In this document: positions 1 through 10,058 of the stretch, in pieces
Position numbering within the stretch: position 1 is the first letter of the stretch
How the letters are laid out: each line of letters begins with the position of its first letter
Assembly: GCA_037441675.1 (NCBI GenBank)
Contig: JBBIRS010000005.1
Coordinates: 75,648 to 139,647, forward strand
Origin: Planctomycetales bacterium
GTDB lineage: Bacteria > 4484-113
DNA: 64,000 nucleotides
Direction of reading: 5' to 3'
Notes under the pieces: model-generated
Seen by the model: only the letters and a program-made list of their open reading frames with translations
Database searches by the model: none
Told to the model about the DNA's origin: nothing
Position numbers and translations under genes: made by a program

Positions 1-31
1 CTGAGTTTCTTCCGCGTTCTTACTTTTAATT

Positions 32-1582
32 TCACCAATGCTTAACTTCCTCTAAATACTCATTGAATTTAACTTTGAAGAGTGGAGAATTCTTGGGGTC
101 GTGGCATCTTGAGCAAAATTCATAGGTGGCTTGCGCTTCATCCTTTTCCGTGAGAGGGATTTGATTTTGAGCTTCAATTAGATGCTTGGGAGTTATTTTA
201 TTATGGCAACTCAGGCATTGGTTTGAGTACATTTGGTCTTGAGCATAGTCATAAACAACATGGCAGGATAGGCATTCTACGTTAAGCTCCTGCTTTTTTC
301 CCTTCAGCGCTTCCAAGGAACGAGCATGCTTGCTCTCTTTGTAAACTTCATAAGCCTTCTGGTGGCAGGTAGCGCAATCCTGTGGGTCTATTATCACCGC
401 TGATTTGTATTTGAAGGATTGCTGTGTAAATATCTTCGCCAGCTCACCTTGCCAGGATTGTGTTATCAGTTTAAGTACTTTTTCCTCAGGTTTATAAGTG
501 GAAAGGATTGGCAGGTTGTAGCCGTAGTAGTTAAAGTTTTTACCGTTTTCCACTATATTCACAATTCCCAAATACGCGCCAAAGTAAAATGTATTTAGCC
601 ATAATCCACGACCTGAGGGAGCTGTTCTAGCTAAAAGCATTTTTCTTTGTGATACTTCTGATAGTGGATGAAAATCGCCAGTAATCAAGATAAAAATCTG
701 CGGAAACTCTGAGAGTTCTTCTTCCAGGGTTTGAGAATAACCCTCCGCAAGTAAGACCCAAATGTCTGCCATATCTTGAAATCTGCGCAAGTATTCTTTC
801 AAGAGCGGGATAGGATTAGCCAAGAAGTACCCCGCAAGTTCAACTTCGGAGTTGGTTAATGCGGTAAAGTTCAGAAATAAGAATCCGATTCTTGTGTTCT
901 TAACTTTCCAGATAAAACCTGGGCGCGCAACCATCTCCCACTTCTTTGTCTCATCAATCTGCAAGAAGTTAGAAATATCCGCTATTTCCAGCTTTGGCAA
1001 AGGCTCAATATCTATGCGTTTACTAAGAGTATCATTACCTTTCCATTCACCCTTAGGCAAAAAAGCATTGCCTGAATAGTAGGGGATGTCTACCTCATTC
1101 AGAAGTTTTGACAGGTCTTCAGGTTTTAATGCTAGTTCGTTAACGCCTAGGGACAGAGCGTCATAGCCGGCAAGATGTAAGGCTTTTAATTGGTACCTTG
1201 CTTTCAGGAGATTGAAAGATTCAGCTCCATCCAACATAGCGCCAATATCAATAACGATAGTCGGCATCTTTTTGCGAACCATACTAATTAGCTCTGCGCG
1301 GGGAGCTAAGCCCCCCATTTGCAAAGGCGAACATCCACAAGTTTCAAGGTTGTTCATTGTGTGATAACTTGTGAGAATTGCCATATCTCCGAAGGCATAC
1401 TGCTCAATCAGCGCTTCTCCGCTGACTATTTTTTGTGGGTCAAGGATGTAGGCTGAGGCATCGGTTTCCGGTGGGGGTGGGACTTTGCCCTTAAAGCCAA
1501 AAGAATCCCTCGGGCAAGAGGTTAGAATCATCCCCAAGAGAAAAGAGACAAGAACGAGCAGATTGAACTTATTATCCTTCAC
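32..1582 (-). CDS. Lipoprotein with a degenerate 5'-nucleotidase (UshA-like) N-terminal domain and a C-terminal tetraheme cytochrome c (c554-like) domain
   Basis: Lipobox-like LTSC after a hydrophobic stretch; LETCGC...GGLAPR motif; four CxxCH motifs (CATCH, CLSCH, CLSCH, CSRCH); c554-like SKHA motif. Confidence 0.8.
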   Translation of the reverse strand: MKDNKFNLLVLVSFLLGMILTSCPRDSFGFKGKVPPPPETDASAYILDPQKIVSGEALIEQYAFGDMAILTSYHTMNNLETCGCSPLQMGGLAPRAELISMVRKKMPTIVIDIGAMLDGAESFNLLKARYQLKALHLAGYDALSLGVNELALKPEDLSKLLNEVDIPYYSGNAFLPKGEWKGNDTLSKRIDIEPLPKLEIADISNFLQIDETKKWEMVARPGFIWKVKNTRIGFLFLNFTALTNSEVELAGYFLANPIPLLKEYLRRFQDMADIWVLLAEGYSQTLEEELSEFPQIFILITGDFHPLSEVSQRKMLLARTAPSGRGLWLNTFYFGAYLGIVNIVENGKNFNYYGYNLPILSTYKPEEKVLKLITQSWQGELAKIFTQQSFKYKSAVIIDPQDCATCHQKAYEVYKESKHARSLEALKGKKQELNVECLSCHVVYDYAQDQMYSNQCLSCHNKITPKHLIEAQNQIPLTEKDEAQATYEFCSRCHDPKNSPLFKVKFNEYLEEVKHW

Positions 1583-2055
1583 GATTTCTTCGTCTTAAAT
1601 ACGAAATCAATTTCCACTGGGACATTGAGTGGAAGAGAGCACACGCCTACTGCGATTCTGGTGTGCTTTCCCGCATCTCCGAAAAGTTCCACAAGCAAAT
1701 CACTTGCACCATTCAAAACTTTTGGCTGGTCAAAGAAATCTCCCGCTGATGCTACAAATCCTTGCAATCGTAGAACTTGGTCGATTCTATCTAGGCTACC
1801 GATGGCTTCTTTTACCCAGCTGAGGGCATTTAACGTTGTAATCCTTGCGCACTCTATTGCGAGTTCAAGATTTACAGATTCGCCGACGCGTCCCTTGCAG
1901 TAGGGCTTGCCGTCAATGACCGGTATCACTCCAGAGAGCCACAAGGTCTCGCCCTCTATCTTAAATGGAACATAAGCGCCAATGGGGGATAGGGCCTGTG
2001 GAAGGGTAAGATTAAGTTCCGCTAGCTTGTCTTCTACTCTTTTTTGGTTCATCAT
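1579..2055 (-). CDS. RidA/YjgF family protein
   Basis: GAYVP, NGASDLLVELFGDAGKHTRIAVG and LPLNVPVEID motifs; the true start may be the second ATG (2052). Confidence 0.9.
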   Translation of the reverse strand: MMNQKRVEDKLAELNLTLPQALSPIGAYVPFKIEGETLWLSGVIPVIDGKPYCKGRVGESVNLELAIECARITTLNALSWVKEAIGSLDRIDQVLRLQGFVASAGDFFDQPKVLNGASDLLVELFGDAGKHTRIAVGVCSLPLNVPVEIDFVFKTKKS

Positions 2056-2128
2056 TTCATTATACCAATGTTCCTTCCTTATCTGCGTCTAGTCAGTTCA
2101 GAAGAGCGAAGATGCTAAAATTTAAGGA

Positions 2129-3325
2129 GTGAAGCTTGGAATCTCAATGCTTCCAATTCATACGCCCGGGGGGATTGGGCGATACACGAGAATTCTTGGC
2201 GCAATTCTCCTGACAAAGTACGAGGATGAACTATTCTTATTTCTCCAAAAGCCCTCCGACCTGGATTTTATTCTCTCTGAGCTTCCTGAAGAGGAGAGAA
2301 AATCCTTTCGCCTTAAACCGACAACTCATCTAATTTATAGCAATTATCCTAACGTCTTAAGATTCTTGCTCAACCAGTGGGAAATACCGCTTAGATTCAA
2401 AGAACTACCACTGGATATTTATCTTGATGCGGATATTATTCTTCCACCTTTGAGAGGACCCAAAACTCTCATTGTCGTTCACGACACCACCCCATTCAAT
2501 AAGCCTCATCTTTTGGGCTTAAAAGCGCGAATTATCTACACCCTCGTTGGAAGAAAATCACTCACGAATACCAGCGGAATTATATGTGTCAGTGAGTATA
2601 CTAAGCATCAGCTTGTCAAGCTATTTCCAGGATTTTCACATAAGACCAAAGTCCTCAACTCTTGCCTTTCTCCTAAGTTTTATGCTTGGTCTAGCACAAG
2701 CTACCAGTATTATGAGGAGATTACAGTGCAAACAGAGCATGGTGGTGTCCTTGTTAGATGTCCCTTTATTCTCTTTGTAGGTAGAGAAGGTCAAAGAAAG
2801 AATATATCTACTTTAGTTGAAGCCTTTATGCAACTTCGGCAGAAAGGTTATAAACACTCCTTGGTTATGGTTGGAGGAAAAGCTGAGAAACCAGCCATGC
2901 TCAAAGCGTCTTTAACCCCCTATGCGGTCCCAACGGGGACAAATCTTGAGCTTCCATCATCAAGTCCGCCAATAATTCGCCTAGGCAGGGTAACGGATGA
3001 AGATTTGGTTCAGCTATACAGGCATGCTGATCTTGTTGCTTTAATATCCTTGGAAGAAGGATTTGGCTACCCCGCCCTTGAAGCTATCGCGTTCCGCACA
3101 CCCGCACTCGTTCCAGAAGTCTCGCCAATGTCAGAGTTTGATGAAAGGTGTCTTGTAAAAGTTTCTAACACAATGGATGCTCAATTGGTGGCTCAAAAGA
3201 TGGAAGAAGTATTAAGGCGCGCTGGAGAGTTTAGTCTAGGCGCCTGGACATCATCCAATCGTGAAAAGTACTCTCCAGAGAGATACTTCAAGGACTTGAT
3301 GGAAATTCTCTGCGAGAATAGCTAG
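2129..3325 (+). CDS. Glycosyltransferase family 4 (GT-B)
   Basis: GGIGRY N-terminal motif, VHD, RKNI and EGFGYPALEA signature. Confidence 0.9.
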   Translation: MKLGISMLPIHTPGGIGRYTRILGAILLTKYEDELFLFLQKPSDLDFILSELPEEERKSFRLKPTTHLIYSNYPNVLRFLLNQWEIPLRFKELPLDIYLDADIILPPLRGPKTLIVVHDTTPFNKPHLLGLKARIIYTLVGRKSLTNTSGIICVSEYTKHQLVKLFPGFSHKTKVLNSCLSPKFYAWSSTSYQYYEEITVQTEHGGVLVRCPFILFVGREGQRKNISTLVEAFMQLRQKGYKHSLVMVGGKAEKPAMLKASLTPYAVPTGTNLELPSSSPPIIRLGRVTDEDLVQLYRHADLVALISLEEGFGYPALEAIAFRTPALVPEVSPMSEFDERCLVKVSNTMDAQLVAQKMEEVLRRAGEFSLGAWTSSNREKYSPERYFKDLMEILCENS

Positions 3326-3421
3326 GGAAATTACTGATTCAAAGGATTTTCAGACTGTTTAGAGTTGTCTCTATTGTCCTGTAAGTGTAGTTTAGCTATC
3401 TCAATGTTATAATTTGTTGCT

Positions 3422-5158
3422 GTGTCCATAGAGGAAGCCCAAACAAACAGAGCGACCTTGACTGTTTGTGCGTTAACCATTTCAACACTATTTCTGGTAT
3501 TGGCAGGATTCTTTTTTCTAGGCTCCTGTCGAGATAAAGAAGGAAACAAGGTTGAAATTCCAAAGGAGCGGATGCGTGGAACGATAAGGCTTCCGCTCAA
3601 TTCTGATATACCTACTCTTGACCCAATACATATTATTGATGTAAGAAGCGCGGCGGTAGCACGCCAGATTTTCTCAACGCTTATCCGATTTGATTCGGAG
3701 CTAAGGCTTATTCCTGATGTTGCAGAGAGCTGGGAGGTATCTGAGGATAAGCTTAGATTTAGGTTTAAGCTTAGAAGAGGCGTTAAATTCCACAATGGAA
3801 GGGAAGTTAAAGCGGAGGATTTTGTTTATTCCTTTAACAGGCTAGCGAACCCGAAAAATTTAAGCGAAAGAGCCACTTTGTTAAGGGATGTTGTGGGTTT
3901 TGAGGAGTTTCTGCAGGGCAAGGCGGATTCGCTTGTTGGTGTCCAGGCGATTTCAGATTATGAGCTTGAAATCAAACTGCAGAGACCATACGTGCCATTC
4001 CTTTCTTCACTGGCAATTATTAACTTTGCGGTTGTTCCAAAGGAGGAGGTGGAAAAGGCTGAAGCCAAAGTCAAGGGTAGTTTCTCAAAACAACCAATTG
4101 GATCTGGTCCATTCAAGCTGGCTGAGTGGTTGCCTGATTCTTACATCCGAATTGAGGCAAACGCGGATTATTTTCGTGGTCCTCCACGAGTAAAAAGCAT
4201 TGTTTACAAGGTTATCCCGGACTTAACGACTCAATTTGAAGCTTACAAGAACGATGAGATTGATACCAGCGGTGTTCCAATCGGTAATTTGCATAGGGTA
4301 ATGGCGGATAAGCAACTTGCCAAAGAGCTTCATCGCCAATCACTTCTTGTTATCCAGTACTATGTGTTTAATTTGGAAAAGCCACCCTTTAAGGATATTC
4401 TCTTTGAGAGCAAGAAACCATTAAGGCAGGCGATAAATTACGCCATTGATAGAGATTACATTTGTCGGGAGATACTGGAGGAGAGGTATCAGCCCTTTGT
4501 CGGAATAATACCGCCGGCGTTAAGTGAATGGTACAACCCGGAAAACCGCTACAATCCACGATACAAGTACGATGTGGACAAGGCAAGGGAGCTGATGGAA
4601 AAAGCGGGGTATCCACAGGGCCTATTTCTTCCAAAGTTCGAGATGTTCTACAACAACTTTGCGGAGTATCCCGAGATAGCGCTTCAGGTAGCTGATTTTC
4701 TTGCTGATGTTTCTATAAAAGTTGAGCCTAGAGTTCTTGAATGGGCAACTTTCCTGGACACGATGCAAAATGGCGATTTTGTATTTGGAAGGTCGGGTTG
4801 GGTAGCGGATTTTCCTGACCCGGACAATTTTCTCTGGCAACTCTTATCATCTGAAAACTTAGGACCTCTTGGTAACTGGGCAAGGTTTAAGAATGAAGAA
4901 TTTGACAAGTTGGTTCGCCAGGCACGGGTTGAGCCTGATAAAGAGAAGCGCAAAATTCTTTACTGGCAGGCGGAAAAGATAGCGCTTGAAGAGGCGCCTT
5001 GGCTTTTCCTATTCACTCAGGTTAACAATGTTCTTATTAAACCATGGATAAGGGGTGTAAAGCCATCGGGGATGGATGTTGACGCTAGCCTGCCTAATGT
5101 TGATTTCGCTGAGGTTTACATTTCGGAGGAGAAGAAAAAGGAGATAGATGATAGCTGA
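3422..5158 (+). CDS. Peptide ABC transporter substrate-binding lipoprotein (family 5)
   Basis: TLDP, LRRGVKFHNG, PIGSGPFKL and GWVADFPDPDNF motifs; lipobox LGSC. Confidence 0.92.
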   Translation: MSIEEAQTNRATLTVCALTISTLFLVLAGFFFLGSCRDKEGNKVEIPKERMRGTIRLPLNSDIPTLDPIHIIDVRSAAVARQIFSTLIRFDSELRLIPDVAESWEVSEDKLRFRFKLRRGVKFHNGREVKAEDFVYSFNRLANPKNLSERATLLRDVVGFEEFLQGKADSLVGVQAISDYELEIKLQRPYVPFLSSLAIINFAVVPKEEVEKAEAKVKGSFSKQPIGSGPFKLAEWLPDSYIRIEANADYFRGPPRVKSIVYKVIPDLTTQFEAYKNDEIDTSGVPIGNLHRVMADKQLAKELHRQSLLVIQYYVFNLEKPPFKDILFESKKPLRQAINYAIDRDYICREILEERYQPFVGIIPPALSEWYNPENRYNPRYKYDVDKARELMEKAGYPQGLFLPKFEMFYNNFAEYPEIALQVADFLADVSIKVEPRVLEWATFLDTMQNGDFVFGRSGWVADFPDPDNFLWQLLSSENLGPLGNWARFKNEEFDKLVRQARVEPDKEKRKILYWQAEKIALEEAPWLFLFTQVNNVLIKPWIRGVKPSGMDVDASLPNVDFAEVYISEEKKKEIDDS

Positions 5159-5188
5159 AAGTATGAGGTTTATTACGGGGAATTTTCG

Positions 5189-6829
5189 ATGAAGAATACT
5201 TGGCTAAATGTAATTTTGACGTCAGTTTTCTTTGCCATAACCATCGGTTGTCAGCCTGCAAAAAAATCAAAAGAGGTTCCAGTTGAGGCTGAATTTCCTC
5301 CTAAACCTGCGGTGGAGAGCGTTTACAGATTTCCTCTTCCTGCAGACCCGCCGACCCTTGACCCGGCTCACGTTACCGATACAGTTAGTGACACGGTTGC
5401 TAGAAGAATTTTTGAGGGGCTGGTGAAGTTTTCGCCAGATCTTAAAATTGTTCCCTCCCTCGCGGAGAACTGGAGCATAAGCGAGGATGGTCGTATCTAC
5501 AAGTTCTACCTGAGGAAAGGTGTGAAGTTTCACAATGGGCGTGAAGTGACTGCGGAGGACTTTGTTTTTAGCTTTAAGCGTGTATTGGCACCAAAAACCA
5601 AGAGCGAGCGGGCTCAGATGCTATTTCCTGTGAAGGGCGCTTATGAATTTTTTAACGGTAAGACGAATGAAGTGGAGGGCATTGAAGCTACTGATCCTCT
5701 CACTCTGAAGATTACCCTCAAGGAGGTTTACGCACCATTTTTATCTGTTCTGGCAATGGTGAATTTTTCGGTGGTTCCCAAAGAGGAGGTTGATGCTGAA
5801 AGCACAAACTTGAATCAGCGATTTGTGGGGACGGGTCCATTCGTTTTTGAGAGCTGGGAAAGGGATAACGAAATTGTTCTCAAGTCAAACAAGTCTTACT
5901 GGGATGGCGAACCACCTCTAAACGCAGTCATATTCAGAATCATTCCCGATGAAAATACACGCTACCAGGCATTTCTTAGGGGAGAACTGGAGCACAGCGA
6001 CATTCCATTTGGAAAAATGAAAGAAATAAGTTCCAATCCTGAACTAAGCAAGTTAGTTAGGGGAGTTTCCGCAATGGATATGTACTGCTATGGGTTTAAC
6101 GTTCAGAAGCCACCGTTTAACAACAAGTATGTTAGGCTTGCCTTCAATCATGCGGTGGACAAAGAAGCCATTATAACTAACATCCTTGAGGGAAGGGGAG
6201 AAGTCCAGAAGACCTATGTACCCAAAGGTATGTTCTACTACAAAAATGAGAGCGCTGGTTATCCGTATGACCCGCTGAAAGCTCAAAAGTACCTTGAGCT
6301 TGCGGGATACAAAATGGGCGCTGGTCTGCCTGAGATAGTGCTGAATATTGACCAGCAGCAACTAAGTAGACAAATAGCTCAGTTTGTCCAGGAGGATTTA
6401 AGAAAAATCGGCGTCAAAGTTAGAATTGAGCAAAATGACTGGAGCACCTTTTTGGATAGGGTTTACTCTGGAGAGCTTTCATTCCATCAAAACACATGGC
6501 TGGCGGATTACCCCGATCCTGACAATTGGCTTTTTGTCCTGCTTGAATCTACGCAGGCGGGAGCTCCCGGCAACATCACCCGTTTTTCTCACAAGCAGTT
6601 TGATGACTACGTGGGCAAGGCAAGGAGAACCGTTGACGAGAATGAACGCATTCGGCTTTATGGAAAAGCTGAAGATATTGCTCTGTCAGCCGCGCCATGG
6701 CTATTTTTGTATTGGCGAAAGAACTTCACCCTAGTTCAACCGTACGTAAAGGGTTTAGTTATCACTGCAATGGATAGAACTCCTCAGCTAAACAATTCTC
6801 CACTTGCGAAAGTATCGGTAGATAGATGA
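5189..6829 (+). CDS. Peptide ABC transporter substrate-binding lipoprotein (family 5), second copy
   Basis: PPTLDP, LRKGVKFHNG, VGTGPF and WLADYPDPDNW motifs; lipobox TIGC. Confidence 0.92.
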   Translation: MKNTWLNVILTSVFFAITIGCQPAKKSKEVPVEAEFPPKPAVESVYRFPLPADPPTLDPAHVTDTVSDTVARRIFEGLVKFSPDLKIVPSLAENWSISEDGRIYKFYLRKGVKFHNGREVTAEDFVFSFKRVLAPKTKSERAQMLFPVKGAYEFFNGKTNEVEGIEATDPLTLKITLKEVYAPFLSVLAMVNFSVVPKEEVDAESTNLNQRFVGTGPFVFESWERDNEIVLKSNKSYWDGEPPLNAVIFRIIPDENTRYQAFLRGELEHSDIPFGKMKEISSNPELSKLVRGVSAMDMYCYGFNVQKPPFNNKYVRLAFNHAVDKEAIITNILEGRGEVQKTYVPKGMFYYKNESAGYPYDPLKAQKYLELAGYKMGAGLPEIVLNIDQQQLSRQIAQFVQEDLRKIGVKVRIEQNDWSTFLDRVYSGELSFHQNTWLADYPDPDNWLFVLLESTQAGAPGNITRFSHKQFDDYVGKARRTVDENERIRLYGKAEDIALSAAPWLFLYWRKNFTLVQPYVKGLVITAMDRTPQLNNSPLAKVSVDR

Positions 6830-6860
6830 TATTGGCACTTGCACAGGATAATTCTAACAA

Positions 6861-7808
6861 GTGATGCTTTACTATATTTTCAAAAGGTTTCTGCAACTAA
6901 TTCCAGTAATCGTTGGAATTACGCTAATCTCTTTCACGGTTATTCATGTAGCACCTGGGGATCCTGTGCAGATTTTGATGGGTCAGCGCTATGACCCTGA
7001 AGTTGCTGAAAGGATACGTTCAGAGCTCGGGCTGGATAAACCGCTCATTGTTCAATACGTCATTTTCTTGAAAGACCTTGTCCAACTAGACCTTGGCTAT
7101 TCATATCAAAAGCGACTGCCAGTGCGCGAGCTTCTCGCGGATAAGTTCGGCAACACCCTTTACTTATCAGCTTCAGCAATGGTACTAGCGGTGCTTGTTG
7201 GAATGATAGCTGGGATTCTTGCCTCAATTCGTCCACGGTCCTTCGTTGATTACACGGTGATGTTCTTGGCAGTTATCGGAGTTTCAATCCCGGTATTCTG
7301 GCTCGGGTTAATGTTTCAGCTAATCTTTGGAGGTTATCTCCGATGGCTACCTGTTTCAGGAATGACGGAATACGGAGCTTCGTTTCTTCAGAATCTGAAA
7401 CATTTGATTTTGCCCTCGTTAACCTTAGCGAGCGTACCCATGGCGATTATTGCGCGAATAACGAGAAGTTCAATGCTAGAAGTGATGAGTGCGGATTACA
7501 TAAGAACTGCCCGTGCTAAGGGTTTACCTTTTAGACTAATCATTTTTAAGCATGCTCTGAAAAACGCGCTCATCCCCATTGTAACTGTTATTGGAAATAT
7601 GTTCGCACTTTTGCTTACAGGAGCTGTTCTAACTGAGACGGTTTTCTCATGGCCTGGCATGGGTCGCGCAATGGTTGACGCCATTGCCCAGAGGGACTTT
7701 CCGGTAATTCTAGGGGGTGTTACTCTCTTTGCTCTTACCTTCGTAACTGTCAATTTAGTTGTTGACATATTTTACGCCTATATAGACCCAAGGGTTCGTT
7801 ACAGTTAA
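6861..7808 (+). CDS. Peptide ABC transporter permease (DppB/OppB family)
   Basis: APGDP, LGLDKP, DYIRTARAKGL, ETVFSWPGMG and C-terminal DPRVRY. Confidence 0.93.
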   Translation: MMLYYIFKRFLQLIPVIVGITLISFTVIHVAPGDPVQILMGQRYDPEVAERIRSELGLDKPLIVQYVIFLKDLVQLDLGYSYQKRLPVRELLADKFGNTLYLSASAMVLAVLVGMIAGILASIRPRSFVDYTVMFLAVIGVSIPVFWLGLMFQLIFGGYLRWLPVSGMTEYGASFLQNLKHLILPSLTLASVPMAIIARITRSSMLEVMSADYIRTARAKGLPFRLIIFKHALKNALIPIVTVIGNMFALLLTGAVLTETVFSWPGMGRAMVDAIAQRDFPVILGGVTLFALTFVTVNLVVDIFYAYIDPRVRYS

Positions 7809-7809
7809 T

Positions 7810-8730
7810 ATGATTCTCTTTTTAAGAAAGCTGTACTTTCACCGTGCAGCATTCTTTGGAATGCTGGTAGTGTTATTCTTTGTTCTGACCGCTTTACTTG
7901 CCCCTCTAATAGTGCCACATAATCCAATTGAGCAGTATCGATATTTCACAAAGCTTCCGCCGAGAATTTCTCCCTATCAGCCCTCTCTAACTAATTTTCA
8001 GAGACCACAAATTGACCTGGCTACTCAAGAGCCAATTACCCCAGAGCGTTTTCTTTTGGGAACGGATTGGCACGGTAGAGATATCCTTTCCCGAATTCTC
8101 TTTGGTGCGAGAGTGTCTCTTCTGGTGGGGGTTGTAGCAACTCTTATTTCACTTTTCATTGGTGTTCTTATCGGCAGTCTTTCTGGATACTATGGAGGTA
8201 TGATTGACGCTTTTCTTATGAGATTAACGGACACTTTCTTTGCGTTTCCATCAATCTTGCTTGCTATTGTAATTCTAGCGACGTTCCGCCAAACGGGGCT
8301 ATGGGCTTTATTCTTCGCGCTTGGATTCACTGGTTGGACGGGTATTGCAAGAGTTGTTAGAGGGCAAATCCTATCTTTGAAGGAACAGCAGTTCATAGAG
8401 TCCGCAAGGTCAATTGGGGCTTCTTCGCAAAGAATTATCTTAGTACATCTTCTTCCCAACTGCATCGCACCTATTCTTGTCTTAGGAACTCTTGCGGTAG
8501 CTGAAAATATTCTTTCTGAAGCTGGACTTAGTTTTTTGGGTATTGGGATTCAACCACCTACGCCCAGTTGGGGTAATATGCTTGCGGAAGCGCGAGGTAA
8601 TTTAATTGATATGCCCTGGTGGGGAGTTTTCCCTGGACTTGCTCTTGCCTTAACTGTTCTCGGGTTCAATCTTTTCGGCGATGGTTTGCGGGATATATTT
8701 GATCCTAAAATGAAGATTATTCGCAGATAG
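7810..8730 (+). CDS. Peptide ABC transporter permease (DppC/OppC family)
   Basis: LGTDWHGRDILSR, FIESARSIGAS and LSFLGIGIQPPTPSWG motifs. Confidence 0.93.
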   Translation: MILFLRKLYFHRAAFFGMLVVLFFVLTALLAPLIVPHNPIEQYRYFTKLPPRISPYQPSLTNFQRPQIDLATQEPITPERFLLGTDWHGRDILSRILFGARVSLLVGVVATLISLFIGVLIGSLSGYYGGMIDAFLMRLTDTFFAFPSILLAIVILATFRQTGLWALFFALGFTGWTGIARVVRGQILSLKEQQFIESARSIGASSQRIILVHLLPNCIAPILVLGTLAVAENILSEAGLSFLGIGIQPPTPSWGNMLAEARGNLIDMPWWGVFPGLALALTVLGFNLFGDGLRDIFDPKMKIIRR

Positions 8731-8802
8731 CTAGTTTTCCTTCTTGGTTGAACTATTTCATAAACTAATGATATTATTAACTTTCATATAAAATTAACGC
8801 CT

Positions 8803-10050
8803 ATGTCATCACAGGTTAGAAGTTTAATCATAATTCTTGTGGTTTTCCTCGTTTCACTCGTTCAGCCACTTTATCAGAAGTTTTATGTGAAGGGAGATAT
8901 TGTTACCCTTGGGTTAGACCTAAAGGGTGGAGTATCAGTCTTACTAAAGGCGAATCCTCCCAAGGGCAGTGTTGTAACAAGTGAAGATATGAGTGGATTA
9001 ATAGAGGTTATCCGCAATCGCTTAGATCCACAGGGGCAGAAAGAGATAATCCTTACACTTGTGGGTCAGGATAGGGTGCTTGTGCAAGTTCCAGGCGAGA
9101 AAGATCCGGAAAACATCCTAAAGCTCATTGGCGAAACAGCCCTTCTGGAGTGGATTGATGCGGGGAGTACTCCCCTTCAGGAAGATACAGTGATTTCTGA
9201 TAAAGATGTGAAGGTAGTGTTTACGGGGAAGGACTTGGCGAATGCATATTTAGCCAGGGACGAGAGAGGGGCTCCTGCGGTGGGGTTTGAGTTTAAGGCA
9301 GGTGCCGCGGAAAAATTTGGGGAGTTCACCGCCAATAATGTTGGCAAGTATCTTGCGGTTGCCCTTGACAAGAGAATTATTACTTCTCCAGTGATTGAAT
9401 CCCCCATCTGGGGTGGAAGAGGTATTATCCGCGGAAACTTCAATATAGAGGAGGCAAGCCTTCTGGCGAGACAACTAAAGGGAGGCGCGCTTCCAGTTCC
9501 CGTGGTTGTTCTTGAAAATAGAGTTGTAGGACCATCTCTGGGAAAAGAATCAATTGAAACGAGTCTAAGAGCTGGTTTTTACGCTTTTATTGCCATCTTT
9601 CTCTTTATGGTAATACTCTACCGTCTACCGGGATTTATATCTGCACTTGCTTTATGCCTTTATAGTGTTTTGGTCGTTGGCTATACATCACTTTTGAACG
9701 TCACGCTGACTCTACCCGGTATCGCTGGGATACTTCTAAGCATTGGTATGGCAATTGACGCAAATATAATCATATTTGAAAGGTTGAAAGAAGAGCTTGC
9801 CTGGGGAAAGACGCTTTCCGCTGCAATTGAGGCTGCGTTTGTTCGAGCTTGGGTGGCAATACTTGATGGCAATCTCACTACTCTGATTGCTGCGGTAATT
9901 CTTTTCTTCTTTGGAACAGGCCCCATAAAAGGCTTTGCTATCACGCTAAGCATCGGTATTCTCCTTTCAATGTTTAGCGCGGTATTTGTTACGAAGTATT
10001 TCCTTTCGCTAATCGCGCTTAGGTTTAGGCGTCTAACTTTGTATGCGTAG
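8803..10050 (+). CDS. secD: Protein translocase subunit SecD
   Basis: LGLDLKGG, VGPSLG, LTLPGIAG, IGMAIDANIIIFER, DGNLTT and GPIKGFA. Confidence 0.96.
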   Translation: MSSQVRSLIIILVVFLVSLVQPLYQKFYVKGDIVTLGLDLKGGVSVLLKANPPKGSVVTSEDMSGLIEVIRNRLDPQGQKEIILTLVGQDRVLVQVPGEKDPENILKLIGETALLEWIDAGSTPLQEDTVISDKDVKVVFTGKDLANAYLARDERGAPAVGFEFKAGAAEKFGEFTANNVGKYLAVALDKRIITSPVIESPIWGGRGIIRGNFNIEEASLLARQLKGGALPVPVVVLENRVVGPSLGKESIETSLRAGFYAFIAIFLFMVILYRLPGFISALALCLYSVLVVGYTSLLNVTLTLPGIAGILLSIGMAIDANIIIFERLKEELAWGKTLSAAIEAAFVRAWVAILDGNLTTLIAAVILFFFGTGPIKGFAITLSIGILLSMFSAVFVTKYFLSLIALRFRRLTLYA

Positions 10051-10058
10051 GGTTAAAA

